Positions 45,000 through 55,040 of a stretch of DNA of 64,000 nucleotides are shown in pieces (within the stretch, counting starts at the first letter, position 1; every line of letters begins with the position of its first letter). Source of the DNA: an uncultured delta proteobacterium. Its GTDB lineage: Bacteria > Myxococcota_A > Polyangia > Fen-1088. Under the pieces are notes generated by a model. The model did no database searches. It was not told the DNA's origin and saw only the letters and a list, made by a program, of their open reading frames with translations. Where the stretch lies: positions 1 through 64,000 of the forward strand of contig CAVTRY010000002.1 of assembly GCA_963737265.1 (NCBI GenBank). The letters are read 5' to 3'. The position numbers and the translations under genes are program-made.

Positions 45000-45064
45000 G
45001 GGCGATCATCGCGCGGGCTTCTCACCGTCGATTTCAGATTTCGGCCACCGGTCACAGCGAAGTT

Positions 45065-45107
45065 GCGCGCCCGGAGGGAATCGAACCCCCAGCCCTCGGC
45101 TTCGAAG
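45065..45107 (-). repeat. att site: duplicated 3' half of tRNA-Arg
   Basis: 43 bp identical to 52961-53003. Confidence 0.95.
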
Positions 45108-45293
45108 ATCTGCACGATACATCGCAGGGCGTATCCGATGGTAGTAAATTGTTGGAAAATCAACGAGTTACGCATGGAGACCTTAGCCGCGAGTCGCCAC
45201 AAATTGCACCGAATAGCCAACCGTTTGGTGCAATAGTGGTACAAGAAATTTCGGAAGCCGAGGGTAGGGGGGTCCGCGACTGTCGGCCCCTTT

Positions 45294-45458
45294 CTGACCG
45301 TTCGTGAGGTGGCGGCGCGGCTGCGCGTGTGCATGGCTACCGTATACAGCCTGTGCGAGTCCGGCGGGCTAACGCACGTGCGCCTGAACAACGCGATCCG
45401 GGTGGCCGAGGGGGACTTGCGGCACTACTTGGAGAAGGTCTCGAAAGGTCCACGATGA
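45294..45458 (+). CDS. excisionase-like HTH protein (start codon uncertain; absent from the ORF track)
   Basis: LTVREVAARLRVCMATVYSLCESGGLTHVRLNNAIRVAEGDLRHYL. Confidence 0.75.
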   Translation: MTVREVAARLRVCMATVYSLCESGGLTHVRLNNAIRVAEGDLRHYLEKVSKGPR

Positions 45459-45621
45459 GGATCGAGGTCGGAGTCTCGCCGAAGGCGACAGACGCCTCGA
45501 TCAGCATTATCGTTTGGGTGAAGATGATCAAGGCCATGGTGTTCGCTGTGAACGATGTCGATGCCCAGCCTGCCGAGAGGGTGCGGGTGCCCATGCCCGA
45601 TAGGTCACGAGAGGTAGCTGT

Positions 45622-47121
45622 ATGAGCCCGACCCGCTCGGCCGAGTACATGGCCGGCCTCGTCCGCGAGGTGTGCAAACTCCCTCGCGAGACCGAATGGG
45701 TGGAGTTCAAGGAGAACAAGGCCGAGCCGCAGGAGATCGGTGAGTACCTCTCGGCTCTCGCCAACGCTGCTGCCCTGGCGGGCAAGGCTTTCGCCTATCT
45801 CGCGTGGGGCGTGAATGATGAGTCTCACCATGTTGGCGGCACGCATTTCGTACCGACGGCCACGAAGGTGGGCAACGAAGAACTTGAAAGCTGGCTGCTT
45901 CGACTGCTCACGCCCAAGATCCAATTTCGATTCTTCGATGTCGACATGGACGGCAAGCGCGTCGTTCTCCTGGAGATCGAGCGCGCCTCCCGGCAACCTG
46001 TTCAGTTCCAGGGCCAGGAGTACATTCGCGTTGGCACCTACAAGAAGAAGCTCAAGGACTTCCCCGAGAAGGAACGAACGCTTTGGCGCATCTTTGACCG
46101 AATACCCTTCGAGGATGGAATCGCCCGAGAGCATGTGAGCGATGACGAAGTCTTGAGGATCATCGACTACCCGAGCTACTTCGATCTGCTTGACCGACCT
46201 CTCCCCGACGGCAAACAAGGTGTCCTCGGTGCGCTGGAAGAGGACACCTTGATCCGCAGATGTGATGCCGGCGGCTGGAACATAACCAACCTTGGCGCCG
46301 CGCTGTTCGCGAGACGCCTGGACGACTTCGCGGGGCTTGGTCGCAAGGCCGTTCGCGTGATCGTCTACCAGGGCAACAACCGAATCGAGACGGTCAAGGA
46401 ACAGATCGGCGGCAAGGGCTATGGGAGCGGCTTCGAGGGGCTCATCGCGTTCATCAACGATCTGGTTCCGTCCAACGAGGTGATCGGGCAAGCGTTGCGC
46501 AAGACCGTGCCGATGTACCCGGAGCTCGCGGTTCGCGAACTCGTCGCCAATGCCCTCATCCACCAGGATTTCTTCGTCACCGGGGCGGGACCCACGGTGG
46601 AGATCTTCGCCGACCGAATGGAGGTCACGAATCCAGGTGAGCCACTGGTAGCGGCAGATCGATTCTTGGACACGCCCCCCAAGTCTCGCAACGAGGCACT
46701 GGCTTCTCTGATGAGGCGCATGGGCGTCTGTGAGGAGCGCGGAAGCGGCGTCGACAAGGTTGTGTCTCAGACGGAGTTGTTCCAGCTCCCCGCACCGCTC
46801 TTTGAAGTGACGGGGGAATCGACGCGCGCGGTGCTCTTTGCACACCGTCCACTGACCAAGATGGACAAGGATGACCGCGTGCGCGCCTGCTATCTCCACG
46901 CTTGCCTGAAGTACGTCAGCCGCGATTGCCTGACGAACACCTCTCTTCGCGAGCGGTTCGGGATCGACCCGCAGAACAGCGCCACGGCATCTCGCATCAT
47001 CAAGGAAGCAGTGGAGGCGCGCGCCATTGCGCCGGTTGATGAAGACGCCGCGAAGAAGCTCATGAAATACGTTCCGTGGTGGGCCGCGGGGCGGCGACCG
47101 GTGGAAGGAAGGGCGCCGTAA
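45622..47121 (+). CDS. Schlafen/AlbA_2 domain + RecG-C-like (HATPase_c_4) domain + C-terminal HTH protein
   Basis: ETEWVEFKEN, YLSALANAA, YPELAVRELVANALIHQD, EVTNPG, SRN..LA, CEERGSG. Confidence 0.85.
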   Translation: MSPTRSAEYMAGLVREVCKLPRETEWVEFKENKAEPQEIGEYLSALANAAALAGKAFAYLAWGVNDESHHVGGTHFVPTATKVGNEELESWLLRLLTPKIQFRFFDVDMDGKRVVLLEIERASRQPVQFQGQEYIRVGTYKKKLKDFPEKERTLWRIFDRIPFEDGIAREHVSDDEVLRIIDYPSYFDLLDRPLPDGKQGVLGALEEDTLIRRCDAGGWNITNLGAALFARRLDDFAGLGRKAVRVIVYQGNNRIETVKEQIGGKGYGSGFEGLIAFINDLVPSNEVIGQALRKTVPMYPELAVRELVANALIHQDFFVTGAGPTVEIFADRMEVTNPGEPLVAADRFLDTPPKSRNEALASLMRRMGVCEERGSGVDKVVSQTELFQLPAPLFEVTGESTRAVLFAHRPLTKMDKDDRVRACYLHACLKYVSRDCLTNTSLRERFGIDPQNSATASRIIKEAVEARAIAPVDEDAAKKLMKYVPWWAAGRRPVEGRAP

Positions 47122-47191
47122 CTTCATTTGATGGCCGCGCCGATAGCGAACCTGCTATGGCAAAAAACATGTGTGTCTGCAGTAGGTTAGC

Positions 47192-47971
47192 TCATTTGAT
47201 GGGTATTTGATCGGGAAGAGTTTGGCTTGTTGCAGCTTGACCAGTTGGGCCAGTCGACGCGCCATCAAGCCCGACTTTCTGAAGACCGGTCTCGAGATCG
47301 CGAACTTCGTCGAGGAATGCGGCTGCATCGCGACCTTTACCTTGTGCAGCCTTCCACTCCCACTCGAGCAGGCACTTTGTCGCCTTGGGACCGAGACAAC
47401 AGTCTTCACCGATGCCCTCCACGACCCAGTCGGGCTGGCCCGCATACAGTCCCTCGTCCATCTCGCGAATCGCCTGGGTAAAGCTGAAGCCAGGATCGAT
47501 GCCCTCGGCGATGACCCTCGGAATCAGGCTGTGCATCTTCGCCGCGACAGCGTCCAGATCCAGTCCGATGGAATACGTGTCGATGTACGGTGGTTCCCAG
47601 TCGGCGTCCTGATGAACGTAGTCGCCGGTTTCGGCGGCGGATTCGTCAACGATGCGAGTCCATTCTTGCCAAAGCCGGTCCCATTCCTGCCGGAGCTTTC
47701 CCTTCCCCGCTGCGGGCACGGTGGCCTTTTGACTTCGAGCGGGCTTGCGCGGCGGATCGAGCGCGGGGATCAACGCCGCCGCGGTTTCTGGGGCGACTCG
47801 GGCGAGTAGTCGTTTTCGGGAAGCGTTGTCCAGAACCAGGAGTGATGACGCGACCACGCGGCGAATCTCTTCCTCGGAGAGCGCTTCCTCGAGACGTCGA
47901 AGCAATGCGTCCTCCTCCGGCAAAGCCCCGAATGACTTCTTGTGGGAGGACCGCCTAGAACGCTGGAACAT
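47192..47971 (-). pseudogene. hypothetical protein, probably 3'-truncated
   Basis: Coding-like composition to ~47255, then runs into the AT-richer repeat-bearing tract. Confidence 0.5.
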
Positions 47972-48036
47972 AGGTGCAGAGTATCTTGTGTAGCCTATGG
48001 CGGATCAAGCTCACATGCAAGTACCGAAAGCGACAT

Positions 48037-49818
48037 GGGTGGGTTGCACGGGCCCGGGTTCTGGTGGCGGCTGAAGGGCCCGTTTTCCGAGCGCGCTACG
48101 GGACGTTGATTCGAGGGCGAGTTGGTGGGTGGCGCGCTCGGAAAACGGGCCCTGGCGTGGTTCCCAAAATGGAAGGAATTTGCGTAGGAAGGAGATTCAT
48201 GGCGATGCCTTCAGCTATCCAAGAAGGAGGCACCGCCATGAGACGACCCAATGTCGCAGGATTGACTTTGCAGGCTCTGGAACCGCTCGTCCAGAAATTG
48301 AACGAGCTCGAACAACAAGCGCTGCGCGGCGATGGCATGTCCGTGGCGACGCTGGGGGCTGCGCTGGCGACGACGTTGTCGACTGTGGGCCGAAGAGCCA
48401 TGGAACTGGTCATCCAGCAGGCCGCGCGGGCTCATGGACCTGGACAAGTCTGCACCTGTGGAAAGCAAGCCAAATCCAGAGGATTTGAGAGAACGACGTT
48501 CGTGGCGAGATTCGGTCGGGTGGAAGCCGATCGTCGACGCAACGAGTGTGTTTGCGGCCGCAGCTGGTTTGCCTTTGACGAGGCTTGGGGCCTTCCTGCG
48601 GGCGAATACGCCGACGATGTGCGCGAGGCGACCGAAAGGCTGGCCTGCCGGATGGGCAGCTTCGACGAGGCCGTCGAGGAACTCCGTTACCTGTGGGCCG
48701 TGGCTCCCGACGGGAGCACCGCCAAGCGATGGGTGACCGAAGATGGAACGCGTGCCGCCCAGGCCGCCCAGGCCGATGCCGAAGCCCATTGGAGCAAGTA
48801 CGACCAACAGGTGCACGCCCAGGCTCGCGGTGACCTGTGTGCGCCCAAGCGTACAGAGGGCTTCGGCGTGATCGAGGTTGACGGTGTTCACGTCCTGACC
48901 TGGAAACCAGGACAAGAGCCACGGCGCAAAGCGACCGACGAGGCGAAGGCGCCGTCTGCGGTCCCGAACGCCACACAGTCGGCAGCGGTCAGCGAGACCG
49001 GCGAACGTGCCCTTCGCCATCAGGCGCCGAGTACCCTGTCCGAGGTCGCTGGCTCGCCCATGGGGCCCACCGGGCGCTCACCACGGGTCGCCGGCCGCGA
49101 GGTGTGCATGGGACTGACCTACCTCGGGGAACACGCCTGCGAGGAGAGCCCCGGCCGAGGCGTCTTGCTGGACCGGCGCTACGTCGCAACACTCAACGAC
49201 CGAGACGGCTTTTGGCACAAGCTGCACGCCGCCGCCACGACCCAGGGCGTGCTGTCTCGCCAGAAGGTAGTCCGTGTCTCCGACGGTGGCGCTTACTTCA
49301 TCGAGCACAGCGACGAGATCTTCTGCGACCAGCCGTTGCTTGGCATCCTCGACTGCCAGCACGCCAAGCAGCATGTCTGGGAGGCAGGTCACAAGGTCGT
49401 GCCGGACAAGAAAGCAGTGCCATCTTGGGTCTTGCCACGTACCGAGGCCATCATGGACGGCAAGGTCGACCAGGTGCTCTCGGGCCTCGCCCAAGAGCGG
49501 CAGCGCTCCACCGGCAGCCAAGCGGTCAAAGCCCTCGACGACTTGACCGGCTACCTGAGCCGCCACAAGCACATGATGGACTACCCCGCATACCACGCTG
49601 CCGGCTATCCGCTGGCCAGTGCCGCCATCGAAAGCACCAACAAGCGCCTCGTCGGCCGGCGCTGCAAGCAAGGCGGCATGCTCTGGAGCGAGGTCGGCCT
49701 TGAAGCCATGGTCGCGCTCAGGGTTGCCTTCTACAACCCGGGGGCCTGGCTCGCCCTCTGGCCTCACACCCAAGCCCAGGCCGCCCAGTCATGAAACCCG
49801 GACCCGTGCAACCCACCC
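48037..49818 (+). mobile_element. complete ISKra4/ISLre2-like insertion sequence, 1782 bp
   Basis: 24-bp terminal IRs (GGGTGGGTTGCACGGG(C/T)CCGGGTT, 1 mismatch); 9-bp target duplication AAGCGACAT at 48028-48036 and 49819-49827. Confidence 0.92.
48238..49794 (+). CDS. DDE transposase (UPF0236/ISKra4-like)
   Basis: GGAGG RBS; CxCG zinc motifs; EVDG, SDGGAY, ILDCQHA, GYPLASAAIES.NK..V..RCKQGGM.WS. Confidence 0.88.
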   Translation: MRRPNVAGLTLQALEPLVQKLNELEQQALRGDGMSVATLGAALATTLSTVGRRAMELVIQQAARAHGPGQVCTCGKQAKSRGFERTTFVARFGRVEADRRRNECVCGRSWFAFDEAWGLPAGEYADDVREATERLACRMGSFDEAVEELRYLWAVAPDGSTAKRWVTEDGTRAAQAAQADAEAHWSKYDQQVHAQARGDLCAPKRTEGFGVIEVDGVHVLTWKPGQEPRRKATDEAKAPSAVPNATQSAAVSETGERALRHQAPSTLSEVAGSPMGPTGRSPRVAGREVCMGLTYLGEHACEESPGRGVLLDRRYVATLNDRDGFWHKLHAAATTQGVLSRQKVVRVSDGGAYFIEHSDEIFCDQPLLGILDCQHAKQHVWEAGHKVVPDKKAVPSWVLPRTEAIMDGKVDQVLSGLAQERQRSTGSQAVKALDDLTGYLSRHKHMMDYPAYHAAGYPLASAAIESTNKRLVGRRCKQGGMLWSEVGLEAMVALRVAFYNPGAWLALWPHTQAQAAQS

Positions 49819-49849
49819 AAGCGACATCCTCCATGTACGATCCCACCGC

Positions 49850-52347
49850 TTGGGAGAAAATGATCAGCAGGATCTTTTCGCCAAGGCGATCGACGAATCC
49901 GAGGCGGAACTTGAGCGCCTGACCCGCACCGGGGCCGAGGCGCGCGCGAAGGTTATGGCCCTGCGACAATCGCTGACTGATGTCGCACCGATTCGCTCGG
50001 ACGTAACCCCAATGGCCCAGTCCATGCCGCCGCGGAAATCCATGGGGAAGGTCCGTATCTTCGGGGAACGCTTCCGTGGTCGTTCCGATGTCTTCCCGCG
50101 ACGGTGGGAAAACGCCAAGTCGCACAAGTCTGGTTACTCGCCAGCCTGCGGAAACGAATGGGTCCACGGTCTCTGCGGCAAGCCGAAATTAGGTGCTCTG
50201 AATGTCCGAATCAGGCATTCCTGCCTCTGGATGATCACGCATTGCTCGGTCATCTGACGGGCAAGCATACCATCGGCGTGTACGCGCTGTTGCCCGGTGA
50301 CACATGCTGGTTTGTCGCAGCAGACTTCGACGAAGCCGGCTGGAAAGACGATGTCTCCGCTTTTTCTGAAACATGTAGGAAGGCGGGCCTTCCAGTCGCC
50401 ATCGAACGTTCGCGCTCCGGCAATGGAGCGCACGCCTGGTTCTTCTTCGCCGAGCCGATTCCGGCCTGTCATGCGCGGCAAATGGCTTCCTTCCTTCTGA
50501 CAGAAACCATGTCCCGGCGGCACGAACTGAGTCTCCAGTCCTACGATCGGTTGTTCCCTTCGCAGGACACCCTGCCGCGGGGCGGGTTCGGAAACCTTAT
50601 AGCCTTGCCGTTCCAACACCAACCTCGCCAAAATGGAAATTCCCTATTCCTCGACGACGATTTGGAGCCCTTCGGCTGGGAAGAACAGTGGCGGTTCCTG
50701 GCGTCGGTGCCACTGCTGGCCGCAGACCAGGTGCGAAGGATCGCCGACGAAGCTTCTCGCAGCGGTCGCGCACTCGGAGTCCGCGCGCCCGAGTCCGAAG
50801 ACGAGGACCTGCTACCGCCTGCGCGCAAAGGCCGGGATGGAGCCCCACCGATCACAGTCCCGTTGCCACCCGAAATCCCCGCCAGCTTGGCCGAACGGAT
50901 AGTTGTCGTGAAAGCCGGCCTTCCTTCGGCTCTGATAAGCCGTCTCAAGCGTTTGGCCGCCTTCCAGAATCCAGAATTCTACAAGCGACAGCGCTTCCGG
51001 CTCTCGACGGCACTCGTGCCCCGCGTGATCTCGTGCGCCGAGGAGTCCTCAACAAACCTAATGCTGCCGCGAGGGTGTCGTGGTGACATTGAGGCGCTGC
51101 TCCTCGCCAACAACTCCCGTCTGGTCCTCGATGATCGACGGCAATCAGGATCGCCAGCGCCATTCTCATTCCGCGGCGAGCTGACGGCTCGACAACGCGA
51201 GGCCGCCGATGCGGTGTTGGGCCAGGACTTTGGCGTTCTCGTCGCCCCACCAGGTGCCGGCAAGACGGTGATCGGGACCTACCTCATCGCCGCGCGTAGG
51301 GTGAATTCCCTCGTCCTCGTGCACCGATGGCCATTGCTGGATCCGTGGGTAAGCAAGCTTGCCATGTTCCTGGGCCTCCCCATCAACGAGATTGGCCAGT
51401 TCGCCGGTGGAAGGAAGAAGGGAAATGGGCGACTGGACGTTGCCATGATTCAGAGCCTGTCTCGCGACGACGACGCGGGAGAGCGCCTGGCAGGCTACGG
51501 CCAAGTCATCGTTGACGAGTGTCACCATGTGCCGGCTTTCTCGTTCGAGCGCGTGATCAAAAAGGTAAAGGCTCGATTTCTGGTCGGGCTGACCGCTACG
51601 CCCCGAAGGCGGGATGGACATCATCCAATCTGCGAGATGCAACTCGGCCCTGTCGTATTCGCATTCGACGCCAAGGCCGAGGCAGCGGCGCGACCCTTCG
51701 AGCACAAACTGATTCCACGCGAAACCGCATTCACCAATTCGAAACCGGATCTCAGCATTCAGGAGATCTGCCGGGAATTGGCCAGCGACCAGTCCCGCAA
51801 CGAAATGATTGTCCGTGACGTCGCTCATGCCCTCGATGGAGGCCGTGTTCCTCTCGTCCTCACTGAACGAAAGGACCACCTCAACCTGCTCGCCGAGTTG
51901 CTTCGGAGTGTCAGTCGTCATGTCATCGTCATGCGCGGCGGGATGGTTGCCAGCGAGAATCGCGCCGTTTTCGAACGCCTGACCAGACAAGCCGCTTCTG
52001 GTGAACGAGTCATCATCGCCACGGGCCGCTACATCGGGGAGGGCTTCGACGATGCCAGACTTGACACCCTGTTTTTGACCATGCCGATTTCAGGGAGGGG
52101 AACCTTGATCCAGTACACGGGTCGGATCCACCGGCTGCACCCAGCCAAGCAAGATGTCCGCATCTACGACTACGTTGATGTTCAGGTGCCTGTGCTCACC
52201 CGAATGTTTGCCAAGCGTCTGCGTGGCTATCGCTCGCTCGGCTACGCCCAAGATGAAGCGCCATTGGGTTTCGGTGAGATCGACGACGACTTCGTTCTCG
52301 GCCGGGATTGGGCAGAAACGGACGGCGACGACGATGAGCTGGCGTAG
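49850..52347 (+). CDS. archaeo-eukaryotic primase-like domain fused to SF2 DExH helicase (TOTE conflict-system type), frameshift at ~50190
   Basis: FRGRSDVF, GYSPACGNEW, AADFD, ERSRSGNGAHAWFFF, GFGNLIALP; APPGAGKT, DECH, GLTATP, QYTGRIHR. Confidence 0.85.
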
Positions 52348-52961
52348 GTTTATCCCCAGTTCGGCAACGGCCATCGTTTCGTAGCTTCCCATCGGCCCCG
52401 CCGGTGGGTCGCGAGCCTACGTGAGAGCCGATACTAAGGGAGTCACATGTGGTCGAGAATTCGAGGATCTCGTGGGCGGACCGCGGGGCTAATTTGACAC
52501 ATGGTTCTGCCACCTCGGCCGCCTGCGTTCCACCGTGCCATCGGATGTCCTTTCTCTCGACCAAGAACGAGATCCGTTTGCTGCAATAGTGGTCTTGGCC
52601 TGCGCGCCTGATCCATTAGTGGCGTCGTGGCCAACCGCAATCCGATCCACTCTGATCGCGCGCAATCCCGCGCGCACTTTGCCTGGGTTCAGCTGGCCCC
52701 GCCCTTGAAATTTCCGCCAGGCATCTGTGCGTCCATTCCATCGCGAAACGAGATTCGTTTGGTGCAATAGTGGTACAGAGAGCTGGCAATCCCCTGTTCG
52801 AACCATCTGATAAGCTCGAGATTCTCTAGCAGAATCAGCAGGTTGCGAATGGAATCCTGGGGAACGAGAACCTACCACCCTCGGCCAGCACGACTTCGGG
52901 TTAGCTTCACTCGCTGCCCTGAAATTTGCACGAATTCACGAATGAAACCGGGAAGTTACAG

Positions 52962-53035
52962 CGCGCCCGGAGGGAATCGAACCCCCAGCCCTCGGCTTCG
53001 AAGGCCGATGCTCTATCCAGTTGAGCTACGGGCGC
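52962..53035 (-). tRNA. tRNA-Arg(UCG)
   Basis: GCGCCCGTAGCTCAACTGGATAGAGCATCGGCCTTCGAAGCCGAGGGCTGGGGGTTCGATTCCCTCCGGGCGCG cloverleaf; anticodon TCG; CCA not encoded. Confidence 0.95.
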
Positions 53036-53056
53036 AAACGTTTCAATTTCAAATAC

Positions 53057-53552
53057 TTAGGCCAGTTGTCTAGATGCGGTGTCTGCCTGCATTCTGCCTA
53101 TTCTCTGCCCAAGTGTACCGCCAGGGTGCGCAAGATGTACCACGTTCCCCGTCGGACGGCTAAGATCTGCCGCCACCATGTCGAAGGCCTTGGGTATAAC
53201 CCACTGCGATGCGAAGGTGTGGCGGGTGCATTGGTACAGCGTCATCTTGGGCAGCTCGCAAGCCTCCAGCGCCTTGGCCAGCGCCTTGTGCACGGTGCAC
53301 GGGCGGATAAATTGGGCAGGGCGTCCAACGTCGGGCCGCCCGCCGCGGGTCGGGTGCGTCGGGTGAAGATCGGCCCCACGCCGCCGGTCTTCAGCTTCCA
53401 CGCTTCCAAGATGGGCGTCAGTGACGTAGCGAGCGGCACGATCCGCGACTCGCGGTCTTGAGCATGCAGAGCTTCCCGTCTTGGACCTGCTGCCGCACGT
53501 GGAGCTTTCGGCCTGGCAGGTCGATGTCCTTCCAATGCATACCGAGGACTTC
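53057..53552 (-). pseudogene. tyrosine recombinase/integrase remnant
   Basis: EVLGMHWKDIDL, RIVPL, YQCTRHTFASQWV; frameshifted; N-terminus and the LGH..Y segment are missing. Confidence 0.8.
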
Positions 53553-53572
53553 CTCGCAACGGAGGAAAAATC

Positions 53573-54093
53573 ATGAGCACTCGCAATTTCACGACCTCTT
53601 TTACCGTCGACCAGTCCCCCGAAGAAGCCTTCGCAGCCGTCAACAACGTCCGTGAATGGTGGTCACAGGCAGTGGAAGGCGATACCGACAAACTGGGCGC
53701 CGTCTTCTATCACCACTACCAGGACGTCCACCGCTGCACGCTCAAGATCACCGAGCTCGTGCCGGGCAAGAAAGTGGCCTGGCATGTCTTGCACAACGAC
53801 TTCAACTTCATCAAGGACAAGGCCGAGTGGAACGGCACCGACGTCATCTTCGATATCACGAAGAAAGGCGACAAGACCGAGCTCCGCTTCACGCACACCG
53901 GGCTCGTGCCTACCTATGAGTGCTACGATGTCTGCTCGAACGCCTGGGGCCAGTACATCACCGGAACCTGCGCAAGCTCATCTCCACGGGAAAGGGCGAT
54001 CCGAACCCTGTGGAGGTGCACGCCGGCCATCAGGAAGAGGTCGTGGCGAAAGTCCGTGAGATGAAGCGCAAGTTGCAGAGCGCGCAGGGATAG
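53573..54093 (+). CDS. SRPBCC/AHSA1-like protein (frameshift at ~53967)
   Basis: GGAGG RBS; VREWWS, ELVPGKKVAW, EWNGT..F, LRFTH.GL.P..ECY..C..AW. Confidence 0.8.
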
Positions 54094-54201
54094 GGAACAC
54101 GAAACCGCTTCCTGCTCATCTGGCCCATTGTCATTGTCGGTTTCAGTGGGCCACGCCTTTTTTGAATTCTTTGAATCCACATAAGCGAAAGGAGAACGAA
54201 G

Positions 54202-54480
54202 ATGGGAAAGCTCGTCATCAGCGAGAATGTTTCGCTCGACGGAGTCGCACAGGACGCGACCCGCGAGGAAGGCTTCAAGCAAGGCGGATGGTTCCTCCAG
54301 GTCGGGATAAGGACCGTGCAGAGTGGGCCAAGGTCGCACTTGCGGAGGCACTGCACACCGAGGCGTTGCTGCTGGGCCGGCGCAGCTATGAGTTCTTCGC
54401 CGCCCGGTGGCCAGCGCGGAATGGCCCGCTTGCGGACAGGTTGAACAGCCTGCTCAAGTACGTCGTGTCCTCGACCGATG
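54202..54480 (+). pseudogene. dihydrofolate reductase/RibD-C family fragment
   Basis: MGKLVISENVSLDGV, LLLGRRSYE.FAARW, LNSL.KYVVSST; frameshifted and truncated. Confidence 0.75.
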
Positions 54481-54833
54481 CCGCGGGTTCGAGCGGCAGG
54501 GAAGAAACGTCGATCTCGCCTCGGGCTGAGCCGACGATTGAACATTCCAAGTGCATCGCCGTCAGAATTCTGGGGCTGCTTCGCCCTCGGGGTCGACCGC
54601 ATACGAGATCCAATCGCGATCAAACGTCTTGAAGTCACCATCAAGCATCTCGCCAGCGTCGCGATCCACGCGCAAGCAGTGCTCGAAAGGTTGGGGGGGG
54701 ACGATTCACTCCTGGAATCGACGAAAGCACGCGAATTCGCACAGTCGCGGCGATGTCGCCAGCGCAGCCAGACTGGGATCTTCCGGGAACTGTGGCGCCA
54801 CCTCGCGAGGGACGTTCCACTCCGCTTCGCCCC

Positions 54834-54963
54834 AGGCCGATGCTCTGTCCAGTTGAGCTACGGGCGCAACCGTTTGAAATTTCAAATACTTAGGCAAGTT
54901 ATCCAGTTATCCTGATGCAGCGTCCGCATGCGTTCTGCCTATTCTCTGCCCAAGTGTACCGCC
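54834..54963 (-). repeat. duplicated 5' half of tRNA-Arg plus ~95 bp of upstream att-like sequence
   Basis: 54834-54867 matches 53002-53035 (1 mismatch); similarity continues to 54963 vs 53122. Confidence 0.9.
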
Positions 54964-55040
54964 TGCTCGGCCGTCTACCGCAAGACCAAGGACATCCGCC
55001 TCACCCAGCCCTTTGCTGGCCCGCAGGCCTTGAGTAGGGT

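Larger units (their letters stand above)
45065..53003. mobile_element. genomic island integrated at tRNA-Arg (no intact integrase inside)
   Basis: Bounded by a 43-bp direct repeat; xis-like gene, IHF-like sites and arm-like repeats near both ends. Confidence 0.85.

Noticed and set aside
47974-48237. Transposase starting outside the IS
   Set aside because: The ORF-track start precedes the left IR; the ATG at 48238 has a GGAGG RBS.
54834-54867. Second complete tRNA-Arg, or a split/permuted tRNA with 45065-45107
   Set aside because: Only halves are present, an intact copy exists, and the att-site explanation suffices.
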